64,000 nucleotides of DNA from an uncultured archaeon (lineage in GTDB: Archaea; Thermoproteota; EX4484-205; JAAOZP01). Each line of letters starts with the position of its first letter. Within the stretch, counting starts at the first letter, position 1. Below the pieces are notes generated by a model. That model did not search any database and was not told the origin of the DNA. It was given only the letters and a program-made list of their open reading frames with translations. Position numbers and translations under genes: made by a program. The stretch spans positions 32,001-96,000 of the forward strand of contig CALIBN010000010.1 in NCBI GenBank assembly GCA_938045545.1. The letters run 5' to 3'. Below are positions 29,214-39,628 of the stretch, piece by piece.

Positions 29214-30620
29214 CTACTTGCCAAGCACCTTAAGCAGGCCGGGATGGGTTTCAATAGTCTCCTCCATTATTAACTGGTAGTACTGCTGAATAATGTCCAC
29301 CGCCAGCAGGACGCCCATGCCCCCGCCTATGACGGCGAGCACGTCCCCCACGCCGGCGATAAGCCCGATCGTTAAGCCGCCTAGGAGCGCAACCGTGTTT
29401 ATGTAGGGAGCTATTTTACTCTCGATTACTCCAGGAGTAGACCTGAATCCTCTTAGGAAAACGTCTGAGTCAACCAGCTGAGATGAAACCGACTTAGCGT
29501 CCATGCCTGAAACCGAAAGCCAAACCATCGACAGGCCTAGGCTTAGAAGGGCGAGCAGAAGCACGTAGCCTACTGCGCGGAGGGGCTCCGCAGCAACATG
29601 CGTGATGCCTCTCGGAGGGTTCACCAGCCAGGCTAAGCCTGAAACAGGAACATACGTGTTGTTAACAACTTCAACCCTGCCTATGAAGTCAGCCACCGGG
29701 GTGTTAGCCAGCCAGGTTCCACTCGCAACATTAGCCATCAGCTGTATGTTTGAGAAGATTGCCGCCGCGAGAATGACTGGAATGTTTGAAACGTAGAGCA
29801 GCCTGATGGGGAAGCCTCTGGAGAAGCCTCTGAAACGGCCGTGGGAAATCGGAACGTTAATCCTAACGTTTTCAAGGTAGACGAGTAGGAGTATGAACAT
29901 TACGGTTATGATCAGCTGGAAAAGCGTGGGAACCGCGGGAGCACCCCTGTAGAAAAAGTCGGCGAGAGGGCTTTGAAGAGAGAAAGCCTTTTGAAAGAAG
30001 AAGAGCAGGACTCCCCACATGTAGCCGTCGGGCGCTGGAAGAGGGTTTAAGCAGCCCAGCCATATTTCCTTAGCGACGCCGGCGAGGATGAACAGGCTTA
30101 TTCCGCTGCCTAGGCCCCAGCCCTTTTGAAGAGTCTCATCCAGAAAGAGGAGGAGAATCGAGGCTATTGAAAGCTGCATTACAGCTATGATTTCAGCCTT
30201 CAGGCTCAATTTCCCTAGGGACCCGCTGAAAACAGTTGAGCCCGCTGAGAAAAGGATGATCAACAAGGTAGCCAGCTTCGTCGCTACCTGCAGCATCCTC
30301 CTGTCATACTCGGAGCCGGGGTCGAACCTGATCAAGCCGGAGCCGGCTAAAAGCTGAACTACGAGGCTGCCTGTTACGAGGGGCCCGATGCCAAGGTGGA
30401 GGAGCGAGCCCTGCTGCCCTCCTATTATGATCCTGTATGATGCCCATGGGTCAGCCCCTTGGGAGACAATCCCGTAGAGAGGAATATAGCCCATAACCAG
30501 GTAGAACGCTAGGATAAGCCCTGTCCACATAAGCCGGGTGGTGAAGCCAACCTTTCTAGTAGGCGCCTCTATCTGGGGGACGTATGGCTCAATACTCTCC
30601 ATGGCTTCCAGGAAACCCAT
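29214..30620 (-). CDS. secY: Preprotein translocase SecY
   Basis: LGIGPLVTG, GWGLGSGISLFI, PIRLLYVSNIPVI. Confidence 0.97.
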   Translation of the reverse strand: MGFLEAMESIEPYVPQIEAPTRKVGFTTRLMWTGLILAFYLVMGYIPLYGIVSQGADPWASYRIIIGGQQGSLLHLGIGPLVTGSLVVQLLAGSGLIRFDPGSEYDRRMLQVATKLATLLIILFSAGSTVFSGSLGKLSLKAEIIAVMQLSIASILLLFLDETLQKGWGLGSGISLFILAGVAKEIWLGCLNPLPAPDGYMWGVLLFFFQKAFSLQSPLADFFYRGAPAVPTLFQLIITVMFILLLVYLENVRINVPISHGRFRGFSRGFPIRLLYVSNIPVILAAAIFSNIQLMANVASGTWLANTPVADFIGRVEVVNNTYVPVSGLAWLVNPPRGITHVAAEPLRAVGYVLLLALLSLGLSMVWLSVSGMDAKSVSSQLVDSDVFLRGFRSTPGVIESKIAPYINTVALLGGLTIGLIAGVGDVLAVIGGGMGVLLAVDIIQQYYQLIMEETIETHPGLLKVLGK

Positions 30621-31039
30621 TAGGGTTCACCAGGCTTAACAATCCTGCCGCCCTTAGCCTCCACCTTCATCCTTGCCTTCTCGCTAAAGGATGCAACCTT
30701 AACAACGTAGGCAGTGGAAACACTCCCTGAACCCAGAAGCTTAGAATAGCCGAGCGCAGCGAGATCAAGCGTTTTCTCACCTTCTGAAGCCTGGCCACGT
30801 GTCCTCCTATAGAGTTCATCAAGCTCCCCGACGTTTATCTTTTCCCCTTCAACCCTTGGAACCCTCCTTATGAAACCCTTCTCCTTCTCCTCCTTGTAGA
30901 ACATTAGAAACTTGTGCCCCATGCTGCCAGCCCTGCCAACGCCGCCTCGCGATCCTGATTTACGATGCTGGCCTATCTGACCCCAGCCGTGGGTCCTGCT
31001 TCCCCGCATCTTCCTCACTTTTCTCAACCTGGTCGGCAA
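30620..31039 (-). CDS. rpl15: Ribosomal protein L15
   Basis: RGSRTHGWG, GSRGGVG.AG, KLLGSG. Confidence 0.95.
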   Translation of the reverse strand: MPTRLRKVRKMRGSRTHGWGQIGQHRKSGSRGGVGRAGSMGHKFLMFYKEEKEKGFIRRVPRVEGEKINVGELDELYRRTRGQASEGEKTLDLAALGYSKLLGSGSVSTAYVVKVASFSEKARMKVEAKGGRIVKPGEP

Positions 31040-31172
31040 CTTCTCGGCGAGAAGAGCATTCTGGACTTTTTAACCCTTACCGTTGAGCCCAGTGTAAGTT
31101 TTAAACCGGTTTTACACCCTTAGTCCAAGTTAATCAACGGTCTTAAAAGTCTTCCAGCCTGATCAGGCTCAG

Positions 31173-31664
31173 CTATATCATTCTCCGCAGAATCAAGCCT
31201 ACTCTGTCTCCCCAGTCGCCCAGTATACCGCCCTTCTTAACAGGCTTCTTAACACTTCTCTTAAACCCGCCTTTGGGAGGGGTTAGCCTGAAAACAGGCT
31301 TAACAGGCTTAATGGCTTCAGTCGGGGAACTGCTCATCCAGACTGCTTCAATCAGCTCGTCCAGCGTCCCGTATCCGGTGTATTTTGAAACATTCTCGTC
31401 GCTTAAACGCCTGTTTCCCGGAAGCCTGCCTCTTTTCAAGAGCAGTAAGCGAAGCATGTTTTTATCTACCCTTCCCCAGAAAACATAGTCCTTCACCTTT
31501 CTCAGCATGCCTTCAACAGGAGGAGTTAGCCTGACCAACGTAGACGAGTTCACCCTTAGAAGCCTAAGCTTTCTCAGCGTGGCGGAAACATCCCTAGTAA
31601 CGTTAACGGACCCCCTTATCCTAACGACTACTGCGAGCGGCGGAAGCTTTTCCTCAGCCTTCAA
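31173..31664 (-). CDS. rpl30: Ribosomal protein L30
   Basis: VVRIRG, PVFRLTPPKGGF. Confidence 0.94.
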   Translation of the reverse strand: MKAEEKLPPLAVVVRIRGSVNVTRDVSATLRKLRLLRVNSSTLVRLTPPVEGMLRKVKDYVFWGRVDKNMLRLLLLKRGRLPGNRRLSDENVSKYTGYGTLDELIEAVWMSSSPTEAIKPVKPVFRLTPPKGGFKRSVKKPVKKGGILGDWGDRVGLILRRMI

Positions 31665-32313
31665 CGCGAGCAGCCTCCGAAGCCAGAAAGCTAGTCGTGT
31701 AAAGCCTTTTCAGAGCAAGGTAAGCAGCGGTTACGAACGAGTGACTGGTGGAGGTTGAGCCCTTAGTCTTAGACCAGACATCCCTTATTCCGGCAAGCCT
31801 GAAAAGAGGCTTCGCAGCATCGCCAACAACCAGACCGAGACCCTTGGGCCCGGGGAAGAGGGCAATATAGACGCTCCCCGTCTTTCCGAATGTTTTAGAA
31901 GGTATTGAATGCAGCTCCCCGCATTTACACTCCCATGAACCGCATCCCCTCGGCACAGGTATTATGTTAAGCCTAGCCTTTCTAGCAGCCTTCTCAATCG
32001 CGTCCCTAACCTGCTTAGCCTTGGCTGAGCCTATGCCGACGTGACCATCCTCATCCCCCACGACTACGAGTGCTCTGAAACGAGTCTTCTCACCAGCGTC
32101 GCTCTGCTTTTGAACAGGGCTCATCGATATTACTTCCTCCCTTATCTTGCGTAGCAGAAGGTCTATCGCCTCAGGCTCCCTTATCTTCAGACCCATGTTG
32201 AAAACTTCTTCAACAGATGAAACCCTTCCCTCTTTAATCATTCTTATTAAAGGAGTTTCGACGGTGATCTCTCTAACTGCTTCCTCAGGCTCCCCTACCT
32301 CATCATCAGACAT
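31654..32313 (-). CDS. rps5: Ribosomal protein S5
   Basis: VQKQSDAGE, RGCGSWEC, PGPKGLGL. Confidence 0.96.
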   Translation of the reverse strand: MSDDEVGEPEEAVREITVETPLIRMIKEGRVSSVEEVFNMGLKIREPEAIDLLLRKIREEVISMSPVQKQSDAGEKTRFRALVVVGDEDGHVGIGSAKAKQVRDAIEKAARKARLNIIPVPRGCGSWECKCGELHSIPSKTFGKTGSVYIALFPGPKGLGLVVGDAAKPLFRLAGIRDVWSKTKGSTSTSHSFVTAAYLALKRLYTTSFLASEAARVEG

Positions 32314-32881
32314 TTGCAACAGCCTCCCTCAGCCTTCTTTTAACCTCCTCCATTATCCTCGGCATCTCCTCCACCTTCAAACCGGCTTCCACATATCTTG
32401 AAAAACCTTCTCCACCGGATTCCTTGAAGAAACTGGATATGTGTTCCCCGACTATCCTGCTCTTATCCGGGAGCATCGACTGGTCAACCCTCACCTTGAA
32501 GCCCGCGTCCAGAAGCCCGCTGCAAGCAGCGTAAATCCTTCCACCCTTAGTCGGCTTATGGAGCCCAGCGTCCAGAATACCTTCTGAAACGTTTTTCTTC
32601 AAGCATCTTAAGCCAGCTAGGTATGCCGTCAAGTAGGCTGCAGGAGTATTGTTGAAGCTGAAGGGCCAGCTGTATCTTTTAAGCTCTTGGGAGAAGGCTG
32701 AAGCAACCACAAGGTCTCCGCTAGGCTTGCTTGAAACAATAGCCACGCGCACATGCTTGTTGGAAACCCTTACGACAACCCTTGGTAGGCCAGATCTCAG
32801 AAGCCTCGTTCTCAGATAGTAGTCTGTAAGACCCTTCCTGCGGCGCTTAAACTTAACCCTGTAGGATGCCGACCTAGCCAT
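32306..32881 (-). CDS. rpl18: Ribosomal protein L18
   Basis: RRRKGLTDYY.R, NTPAAYLT. Confidence 0.95.
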   Translation of the reverse strand: MARSASYRVKFKRRRKGLTDYYLRTRLLRSGLPRVVVRVSNKHVRVAIVSSKPSGDLVVASAFSQELKRYSWPFSFNNTPAAYLTAYLAGLRCLKKNVSEGILDAGLHKPTKGGRIYAACSGLLDAGFKVRVDQSMLPDKSRIVGEHISSFFKESGGEGFSRYVEAGLKVEEMPRIMEEVKRRLREAVANV

Positions 32882-33312
32882 TAAGCAGCCTCACCCCTCT
32901 CCTTAAGCGAAGCAATATAGTTCATCAAAACCCTCCTGCTTGGGAACGCTCCCCCCTTAACCATCAGGTAGAGCCTCCTGTAGAAGCTTCTTGAAACAAC
33001 CCCCTTGTCTCGAAGCTGTTTGAGAAGCCTTCGCTGAGCCCTGACTTTCTCAACCCATGTCACCGTCATCCGAGCACCCTTTGCACCCTTCCTTCTTCCC
33101 GGGCCTCTCCTCCCGCTTCTCGCCCTAACCCTCCCCCTGCTTGGGGTTGAAGGAGGCCTTTCCCTTATAACTCCACTTTTAATAAGCCTCCTGACATCAG
33201 CCCTTGTGACAGCATCCTCAACCTCTTCAATCCTAGCCGGGTCTATCCAGATTCTCGACTCCCCGACCTTCAGGATGTCTGCAGCCAGTCTCCTAACAGT
33301 CTTAACGCTCAA
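32881..33312 (-). CDS. rpl19e: Ribosomal protein L19e
   Basis: RRLAADILKVGESRIWIDP, GPGRRKG. Confidence 0.96.
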   Translation of the reverse strand: MSVKTVRRLAADILKVGESRIWIDPARIEEVEDAVTRADVRRLIKSGVIRERPPSTPSRGRVRARSGRRGPGRRKGAKGARMTVTWVEKVRAQRRLLKQLRDKGVVSRSFYRRLYLMVKGGAFPSRRVLMNYIASLKERGEAA

Positions 33313-33315
33313 CCC

Positions 33316-33744
33316 CTAACCCTCCTCAGCCTTCTCGATAATCTTCCTCTCGTAGTTCGCAATGACGAAGCCCTTGGAGGAAGCCTCCTTTGCAAGAGCC
33401 TCCTTAAGCCTTCTTCCGAGCCTTGAGGAGAAGACCAGTATCTTACCCTCAGGAGAGCCTGCTTTCTCCAAGTCGCGTCTGGAGGAGATTAAGACTGGTT
33501 TTAGCCCTGAAGGATGAAGGCCCCTCGCCCGCCTTGGCGTGCCGTAACCGATGCTGACTGTCTTAGGCCAGCCCTTCACGCTAAGCCTCATCTTACTGTC
33601 CTTCCCTCTCGGCCTACGCCAGTTTTCACTAAGCCTAGTATACCTCCAGCTCTCCTGTCTGACGAACAAGGGCTTTGCATCCTTCCGCTTCCTCCTCGCG
33701 TAAAGCAGCTTCTCGGCTTCAGTAGTCATCTTCACTTCCTCCAT
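33316..33744 (-). CDS. rpl32e: Ribosomal protein L32e
   Basis: FVRQESW, WRRPRG.DSKMR, GLHPSG. Confidence 0.96.
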   Translation of the reverse strand: MEEVKMTTEAEKLLYARRKRKDAKPLFVRQESWRYTRLSENWRRPRGKDSKMRLSVKGWPKTVSIGYGTPRRARGLHPSGLKPVLISSRRDLEKAGSPEGKILVFSSRLGRRLKEALAKEASSKGFVIANYERKIIEKAEEG

Positions 33745-34301
33745 AATCCTTTCTCAACAATATATATGCCGTCAACGTAGACCCTTGGATCCTTATCCTT
33801 AATCTTGGTGGCTAGTTCAAACATCGCTGCAACCTGAGTTACCTCGTTCTTGTCTAGGCCCGTGACAGTGATGTCTTGACCTGAAACCTGAACGTTAACG
33901 TTTGGAAAAGGTATTTTGAAGAGCCTAGGAGACTTCTCACCCATGAAATTATGTATGGAAACTGTTCCCGTAAGCTTGTCATACTTAACCGTGACGGGGA
34001 AATGAGAGTAGACGATCTTCAGCCTAACGATGTATCCATGGAGAACACCTTCAATCATGTTCCTAATCAGTTTCGCAACAGTTCCAACCCTCGCCTTAAA
34101 CCTCTTACCCTTGTTGACGCTGAAAACGTTAAGAACGTTTCCCTCTAGAACAAGCTTCAAACCAGTGTGAGAGAAGTCTCTAGAAAGCTTCCCGAGGGGG
34201 CCTTCAACAGTCACCGTTGAATACTGGAGGCTTATTTTCACACCGTCAGGCACTTCCACGGTTGCGACATGCATAGCCGACTCTACAGCGCTAGTAGACA
34301 T
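33732..34301 (-). CDS. rpl6: Ribosomal protein L6
   Basis: [23 protein letters not shown]. Confidence 0.96.
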   Translation of the reverse strand: MSTSAVESAMHVATVEVPDGVKISLQYSTVTVEGPLGKLSRDFSHTGLKLVLEGNVLNVFSVNKGKRFKARVGTVAKLIRNMIEGVLHGYIVRLKIVYSHFPVTVKYDKLTGTVSIHNFMGEKSPRLFKIPFPNVNVQVSGQDITVTGLDKNEVTQVAAMFELATKIKDKDPRVYVDGIYIVEKGLWRK

Positions 34302-34683
34302 ACGCGATCAACCTTCCTCCGATCTTCCTGCTCTTAGCCTCCGAATGCGTCATTAAACCAGAAGGTGTTGAAATGATTAGAAGCCCAACGTTGAAAGCCG
34401 GGAGAAACATTTTCTCAAACTTCTCAATATCCCGGTAGGATGTGGGGAACCTGGGCTTAATCGCCCTACACTTGTTAATTCTCCCCACAAGCTGGACTCT
34501 GAAGAAGCCTGCCTTACCGTCATCTATAAACTCGAACTCGCCTATGTATCCGGATTGTTGAAGTATCTTTAGCACGTGACCTATAAGGTTTGAAGCAGGG
34601 GAGATTATGCACTCCCTCTTCCTGCGTAGGTCAGCGTTTTGAAGAGCCGTTAACGCGTTTGCCAAAGGATCATTAAGAGTCAT
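34291..34683 (-). CDS. rps8: Ribosomal protein S8
   Basis: [28 protein letters not shown]. Confidence 0.97.
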   Translation of the reverse strand: MTLNDPLANALTALQNADLRRKRECIISPASNLIGHVLKILQQSGYIGEFEFIDDGKAGFFRVQLVGRINKCRAIKPRFPTSYRDIEKFEKMFLPAFNVGLLIISTPSGLMTHSEAKSRKIGGRLIAYVY

Positions 34684-34695
34684 TCATGCAGCACC

Positions 34696-34857
34696 CTAAT
34701 TATACTTCTTGAAGCCCAGCAGCGGAGCAACCTCTCTGAAGCAATGTCTACAATAGTTCAAGCCGTACTGTCTAATTATAGGCCCATATGAGCCGCACCT
34801 CACACAGGGCCTAGAGCCCTTTCCGAATGTCCTCTTCTTAGGGGTTTGACGAGCCAT
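34696..34857 (-). CDS. rps14: Ribosomal protein S14
   Basis: CVRCG...[19 protein letters not shown]. Confidence 0.96.
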   Translation of the reverse strand: MARQTPKKRTFGKGSRPCVRCGSYGPIIRQYGLNYCRHCFREVAPLLGFKKYN

Positions 34858-34858
34858 T

Positions 34859-35398
34859 TCAGACAACCTCCAGGCCAAACCGCTGCCTCATAAAGTTAAT
34901 CGCCTCCTCCTTAGTTATCCTGTGAACCCTGCCTACGCTGCTCCTCCGGCGCCTCCTATACATGACGCGGAACCCTGGCCTGCAAAGCTTAACGCAAATA
35001 TCCATGCCTAGCACACCTATCTTAGGATCATACTTAACCCCTGGAAACTGGATATGCTCTTTTACACCGAAGCTGAAAACTCCGTTCTGGAAGCTGGATG
35101 CCTTCACCTTCCTGCCGACAGCTGTGAAAGCCCTCTCGAGAAACTCTTCAGCCCTACTGCCCCTGAGAGTCACTATTGCAGCAATGGCTTCACGCCTCCT
35201 TACGCCGAATTCCTTTATTGTTTTCCTAGCCCTTCTTTCAGCAGGCTTCATACCGGTTAGGAGCGTTAAAACTTGCTTAGCCTTCTCCAACGGCTCACCA
35301 GGCTTCCCCGGAGAAATGTTGACCACGACCTTCTCAATCATTATTCTTCTCATAGGATTTCCCTGTTCTCTCTTCTCCTCTAGAACAGTTTCAGCCAA
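34859..35398 (-). CDS. rpl5: Ribosomal protein L5
   Basis: [25 protein letters not shown]. Confidence 0.96.
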   Translation of the reverse strand: MAETVLEEKREQGNPMRRIMIEKVVVNISPGKPGEPLEKAKQVLTLLTGMKPAERRARKTIKEFGVRRREAIAAIVTLRGSRAEEFLERAFTAVGRKVKASSFQNGVFSFGVKEHIQFPGVKYDPKIGVLGMDICVKLCRPGFRVMYRRRRRSSVGRVHRITKEEAINFMRQRFGLEVV

Positions 35399-36102
35399 GG
35401 CTTATCCCTCCCAACAACCATCACGTAGTCCCTAACCGTGCTTATCTCACTTCCGTCTCCAAGGGAGAGCTTGACGGCACTATCCCTCAGCAGGCTTGAC
35501 TCTGAGATTTTTCTAACGGTACCTATGGCACCTGTATGCTTACCCATGAAAACATACCCGAGAACACCCTCAGAGAGAGGAGCCTTGTCCAGAATAGTTC
35601 CCTCCGGAACCTTTACAAGAAGCGAGCCTCCTACGTTCAGAGACCAATCTTCCGTTTCAAAGGTTCGCCCATCCTCGGTTGCAAGCCTCAGCCTACCCCT
35701 GTAAAGATATTTCTTGTTAATCCTGCATATCTTCATGGACGCCTCCTCCTGCGGGATTTCAACCGGGATAAGCCTACTCTTCTCGTCGACGAGGACCCGG
35801 TAGTGTTTACCCAGCTCCTTCACGCTGACGACATCCATAAGGCCGACTGGAAACTTGTAGGAAGTCCTCACAACCCCGTCTACAAGAACCATCGAGTGGC
35901 TTATCACATACTTCGCCTCCCTACCTGTCTCAGCCATTTTCAAAATATCTCTGACGAGAACCTGTAACGGCAGGGACATTTCGAGACGGTGTGGACCCGG
36001 CTCGGGACGAGTGACGAACTTCTTCTCCTTAACGCTGGAAACCTGCATGACGGGTGGCGCAGCATACCTCTTTAAACTCTTAGACCCTCCTTTACGAGCC
36101 AT
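35380..36102 (-). CDS. rps4e: Ribosomal protein S4e
   Basis: LKRYAAP, PGPH, PVGLMDV. Confidence 0.95.
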   Translation of the reverse strand: MARKGGSKSLKRYAAPPVMQVSSVKEKKFVTRPEPGPHRLEMSLPLQVLVRDILKMAETGREAKYVISHSMVLVDGVVRTSYKFPVGLMDVVSVKELGKHYRVLVDEKSRLIPVEIPQEEASMKICRINKKYLYRGRLRLATEDGRTFETEDWSLNVGGSLLVKVPEGTILDKAPLSEGVLGYVFMGKHTGAIGTVRKISESSLLRDSAVKLSLGDGSEISTVRDYVMVVGRDKPWLKLF

Positions 36103-36439
36103 TTTCCGACGCCTCCTTAACGGGCCTACGCTTCCTCTCTATCGCGCGCCGCCTCCATTCATCCTTATCTTCAACCTTCACAAGTATTACTGAGCTCAAC
36201 GGTATGGGTATTAAGCGCTGCTCGCCGCGAGCATTCTCACGATATACTCCTGAAACATAGACACGGCCCCTCACCCTGTCAACCCTGTTCACATCACCCT
36301 CCACACCCTTATAGTCACCCCTGATTATCAGAACCCTGTCTCCGGCTCTAACAGGCAGGCTTCTGAAACCATACTTGCCTCTGAGCTCACGGCTCAGATG
36401 AACGGAGGAAGACCTGTATAACAAGTGTCTCTCGTTCAT
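36092..36439 (-). CDS. rpl24: Ribosomal protein L24
   Basis: LSRELR.KYG.RSLPVRAGD.V.I.RG. Confidence 0.94.
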   Translation of the reverse strand: MNERHLLYRSSSVHLSRELRGKYGFRSLPVRAGDRVLIIRGDYKGVEGDVNRVDRVRGRVYVSGVYRENARGEQRLIPIPLSSVILVKVEDKDEWRRRAIERKRRPVKEASENGS

Positions 36440-36445
36440 TCACCA

Positions 36446-36883
36446 TTACACCACCGACGAGGCTAGTGCTGAAAGCTTAGGCCACAGGTCCACAGCCTCC
36501 TTTGCAACAGGGCCCTTAACCTCAGTACCCTTCAGGTCTCCCTCAGGCGTCATAAGCACAGCAGCATTATCCTCGAAAACAACCCTCAACCCGTCTCTCC
36601 TTCTGATCGGGAAACGCTGCCTAACTATTATCGCCTTCATAAGCTTGTTCTTAAGGTCGGGAGCCCCCTTTTTAACAGAGACCGTCACCAGGTCGCCAAC
36701 CTTAGCCGAGGGTAGACGCCTAAGCCGTCCCCCAGACTTAGCCACTTGAACAATCCTGAGAAGCTTAGCACCAGAGTTGTCAGCGCAGACAAGGTTCGCG
36801 CCGACGGGAAGACCTCTAGAGCCTCTTAGCCTATACTCTAAGATACCCCTTGCAGAAACTGCTCTGGATTTCTTCACGGCCAT
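36446..36883 (-). CDS. rpl14: Ribosomal protein L14
   Basis: CADNSGAK, FEDNAAV, GPVAKE. Confidence 0.97.
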   Translation of the reverse strand: MAVKKSRAVSARGILEYRLRGSRGLPVGANLVCADNSGAKLLRIVQVAKSGGRLRRLPSAKVGDLVTVSVKKGAPDLKNKLMKAIIVRQRFPIRRRDGLRVVFEDNAAVLMTPEGDLKGTEVKGPVAKEAVDLWPKLSALASSVV

Positions 36884-36884
36884 G

Positions 36885-37208
36885 CTACTTCACCTTGCCC
36901 AGCACCACGAAGTGCACAGTTTTGCTCAAAGGCCTGCTCTCACCTATTATAACTCTATCCCCAGTCCTGGCAGCGATGCACGGAGGATTGTGAGAAGGTA
37001 TTCTGCTTCTCTTCCTCATGTAACGCTTATACTTCGGAACATACTGGAGATACTCCCTCATGACGATCACCGTGTTCCTCATCCTGTCCGAGACGACAAC
37101 ACCCTCTAGCACACTCCCCCTAATCCTCACGCCCCCGTGAAACGGACACTTCTTGTCACTGCACTTTGTTTCAGGAGGAGAAACCTTAAGCTCCTTGAGA
37201 AAACTCAT
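36885..37208 (-). CDS. rps17: Ribosomal protein S17
   Basis: C.DKKCPFHG, HNPPC, RPLSKTV.FVV. Confidence 0.97.
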   Translation of the reverse strand: MSFLKELKVSPPETKCSDKKCPFHGGVRIRGSVLEGVVVSDRMRNTVIVMREYLQYVPKYKRYMRKRSRIPSHNPPCIAARTGDRVIIGESRPLSKTVHFVVLGKVK

Positions 37209-37474
37209 GGGTCAACCCTCCAGGTTCTTTCCTCGGGCCTGAAAGCAATCGATGCCCCGTTAATAGCAACCTCCGTGCCGCCAAGTTTGAAAAAGAACCT
37301 CTTATTATGCTTAGGTATTGTTAGACGCCTGCCTCTTCCAGATATTATGGTGAAAGTATTCTTCGTCTCCCAGACAACCATGCCTGAAGCAACAGTTGAG
37401 CCACTGCTCAAATCCACGACCCTAACCTGCAGACCGTTCAGCTCATGGTATGCAAGGTTACTTGGAGTCCTCAC
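37205..37474 (-). CDS. rnp1: RNase P protein component 1 (Rpp29/Pop4)
   Basis: HELNGL, G.VV.ETKNT, IPK, RPEER. Confidence 0.9.
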   Translation of the reverse strand: MRTPSNLAYHELNGLQVRVVDLSSGSTVASGMVVWETKNTFTIISGRGRRLTIPKHNKRFFFKLGGTEVAINGASIAFRPEERTWRVDP

Positions 37475-37677
37475 TTGCCCTCCTCCTCCTTCTCAACAGT
37501 AAGTATTCTCGCGATCGCTCTCTTCAACTCCCTTACTATTCTAGTGTTCTCCTCTAGCCCTGAGGCAGTCCTCATCCTCGCCATCATAAGCTCGTTTCTA
37601 AGCTCCTGGAGCCTCTTAAGCCGTTCCTCTCTAGACATCGACCTTATTTCACTCGCCTTTAGCCTCGCCAACTTCAA
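37471..37677 (-). CDS. rpl29: Ribosomal protein L29
   Basis: EIRSMS.EER, RELKRAIARILT. Confidence 0.94.
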   Translation of the reverse strand: MKLARLKASEIRSMSREERLKRLQELRNELMMARMRTASGLEENTRIVRELKRAIARILTVEKEEEGK

Positions 37678-38299
37678 CGACCTCCTTCGGAACCTCTATT
37701 ATTTGAACCTCATCTGGGAAGGATGCTTTACGGAGAATCTTAACCTTAACCCCTATCAGGCCCTGCGGCAAAAGAACGCTCGCCTTCCCGGTTTTCACAT
37801 GCTTAATAGCCGGATCCCCGGCTGCAGGCAGATAGCCGTACGTAAACTTTTCAAACCTGCTTCTGTCAGTCGCCAGCTTACCGGCTATCCTTATCTCGCA
37901 CCCGACGGCTCCGGCTGCAACTATCCTGCGTAGAGCAACCCTGGCAGCCCTACGGTATTTAACACCCCGCTCCAGAGCCCTGCATATCATTTGCGCAACC
38001 AGCTGGGGCTCAAGATCAGGGTTCTCAACCTCAGCCACGTTAACCTGGGGGTTCTCAAGCCCAAAATTTTTCTGGAGGGCGTTTTGAAGCTCCCTTATGC
38101 TCCTCCCGTCCGGTCCTATCACTGCACCTGGTTTACTAGTGTATATTGTGACCACGAGGCCCATTGGGACATTCATCAGCTTAACGCCATTATAACCGGC
38201 CTCCTTCAAATACTCTCTTAGGAAATCATCAATTTTCTGGTGTAGCTTCCCGAACTCGAGAACCCTCCTGTAGAAAATCGCTTTCCGCCGTGCCGACAT
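37649..38299 (-). CDS. rps3: Ribosomal protein S3
   Basis: KH domain PGAVIG, GAVGCEI.IAGKL, G.IGVKVKI. Confidence 0.96.
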   Translation of the reverse strand: MSARRKAIFYRRVLEFGKLHQKIDDFLREYLKEAGYNGVKLMNVPMGLVVTIYTSKPGAVIGPDGRSIRELQNALQKNFGLENPQVNVAEVENPDLEPQLVAQMICRALERGVKYRRAARVALRRIVAAGAVGCEIRIAGKLATDRSRFEKFTYGYLPAAGDPAIKHVKTGKASVLLPQGLIGVKVKILRKASFPDEVQIIEVPKEVVEVGEAKGE

Positions 38300-38300
38300 T

Positions 38301-38768
38301 TCAACCAGCCTCCTCCACAGCCAGGGCCTCAACGTGAGTAAGGGTTTCAAACCTTGGCGTAGCCCTTCCGAAGGCCCTGGGAATATACCTTTTCAGCTTC
38401 CTACCGCGGTGTACGACGATGCCAGTTATCTTCATCCTCTCCGGCGATAATCCTTTAAACTCAGCATTAGCCTCGAGCTGCGACAGCAGCCTGAGGAAGA
38501 ACCTGGCTGCCTTAACGGGATACCTCCCGGAGTCGGCCTTTAAAACCCCCCGTCTATGGGGAACCTTCTTCCTATACCTTTTAAAGGGTACAGGGAGCCT
38601 TTTCTCTGCAACCGCCTCCAGCCTCTCCCTGGCCTCCGGGATCCTTAAACCTTTTATAGCTCTTGCCAGTTCAACCGAGTGTTTAGGAGAGATTCTAACC
38701 TCTCTAAGGCTGGCCTTAGCCGAACGGGCCCTGTCCACCTCCACCAGACTGTATTTGAAGCTTGGCAA
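38301..38768 (-). CDS. rpl22: Ribosomal protein L22
   Basis: ISPKHSVE, GRYPVKAA, PRAFGRA. Confidence 0.96.
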   Translation of the reverse strand: MPSFKYSLVEVDRARSAKASLREVRISPKHSVELARAIKGLRIPEARERLEAVAEKRLPVPFKRYRKKVPHRRGVLKADSGRYPVKAARFFLRLLSQLEANAEFKGLSPERMKITGIVVHRGRKLKRYIPRAFGRATPRFETLTHVEALAVEEAG

Positions 38769-38883
38769 ACTTAACACCCTTTGGCTCGCGGGAGCAGGAC
38801 AGCAATATGTACCAACTATTAAATATTTTGCCCGTTATAGGCAATACTTAAATCCTAGGATAAAGTAGCTTTAGCGATAGAAA

Positions 38884-39114
38884 ATGAGCAAGGAGGCGGC
38901 TGAAGCCGAGCCCAGCATACGCAGAGCAGTGAACGTGGATAAGCTTGAAAGGACTCCTGAAGGATACGTTGCGCACGTCAAGTCGCTTGAAGGACTTCGA
39001 AAAATCGCTACAATATTGAAGAAACCAATGGTGTCAGTTAAGGAAAGTGGAGAATACCTGGTGATAGACGACAGGATAACGTATATTTGGAAAGAGCAGC
39101 CTAAGAAGCAATAA
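38884..39114 (+). CDS. Small hypothetical protein (76 aa)
   Basis: ATG downstream of TACTTAAAT box, globular-looking sequence, lies between rpl22 and rps19. Confidence 0.65.
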   Translation: MSKEAAEAEPSIRRAVNVDKLERTPEGYVAHVKSLEGLRKIATILKKPMVSVKESGEYLVIDDRITYIWKEQPKKQ

Positions 39115-39146
39115 GGCGTGCCACTTACCCCAATTTGCATTTTTTC

Positions 39147-39557
39147 TTATTTCAACGGCACGTAGGTAGAGGCCTTGCTCGCTCCAACCCCGGGCTTGCC
39201 GTGGACAACCCTCTTATTGGTTATCGCGAACTCGCCCAGATAGTGTCCAACCTTGTCTAGAGTAATTTCAACAGGTATGAAGTCCTTACCATTGTGAACC
39301 TCAATGGTTAACCCAACCATCTCCGGGAGAATAGGCATATCCCTCCTGTGTGTCCTTATTCTCTTAGGCTGAACCCCTGTCTGAGCCATCTCAGCCTTAA
39401 CCCTCCTAATCTTTTCAAGAAGCTTTCGAGTCTCGGGGTGAAGCCCCCTCCTGAGGCTCCTCCTAATCCTGGCTGGAAGAAGCCTCATCAACTCGTTCAT
39501 CGAAAGACTGTTCAGCTCCTCCAGAGTCCTTCCCCGGTATGCTTGAACCGTAGGCAT
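39147..39557 (-). CDS. rps19: Ribosomal protein S19 (uS19)
   Basis: YRG..LEEL, RTHRRDM.ILPEMVG, GHYLGEF. Confidence 0.96.
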   Translation of the reverse strand: MPTVQAYRGRTLEELNSLSMNELMRLLPARIRRSLRRGLHPETRKLLEKIRRVKAEMAQTGVQPKRIRTHRRDMPILPEMVGLTIEVHNGKDFIPVEITLDKVGHYLGEFAITNKRVVHGKPGVGASKASTYVPLK

Positions 39558-39628
39558 CCTCAACTATTCGGCGATTAAGGCTATATAACCCTTTTCCCCT
39601 ATCCCAGCGCAAAGATCTAGGTAGAGTT

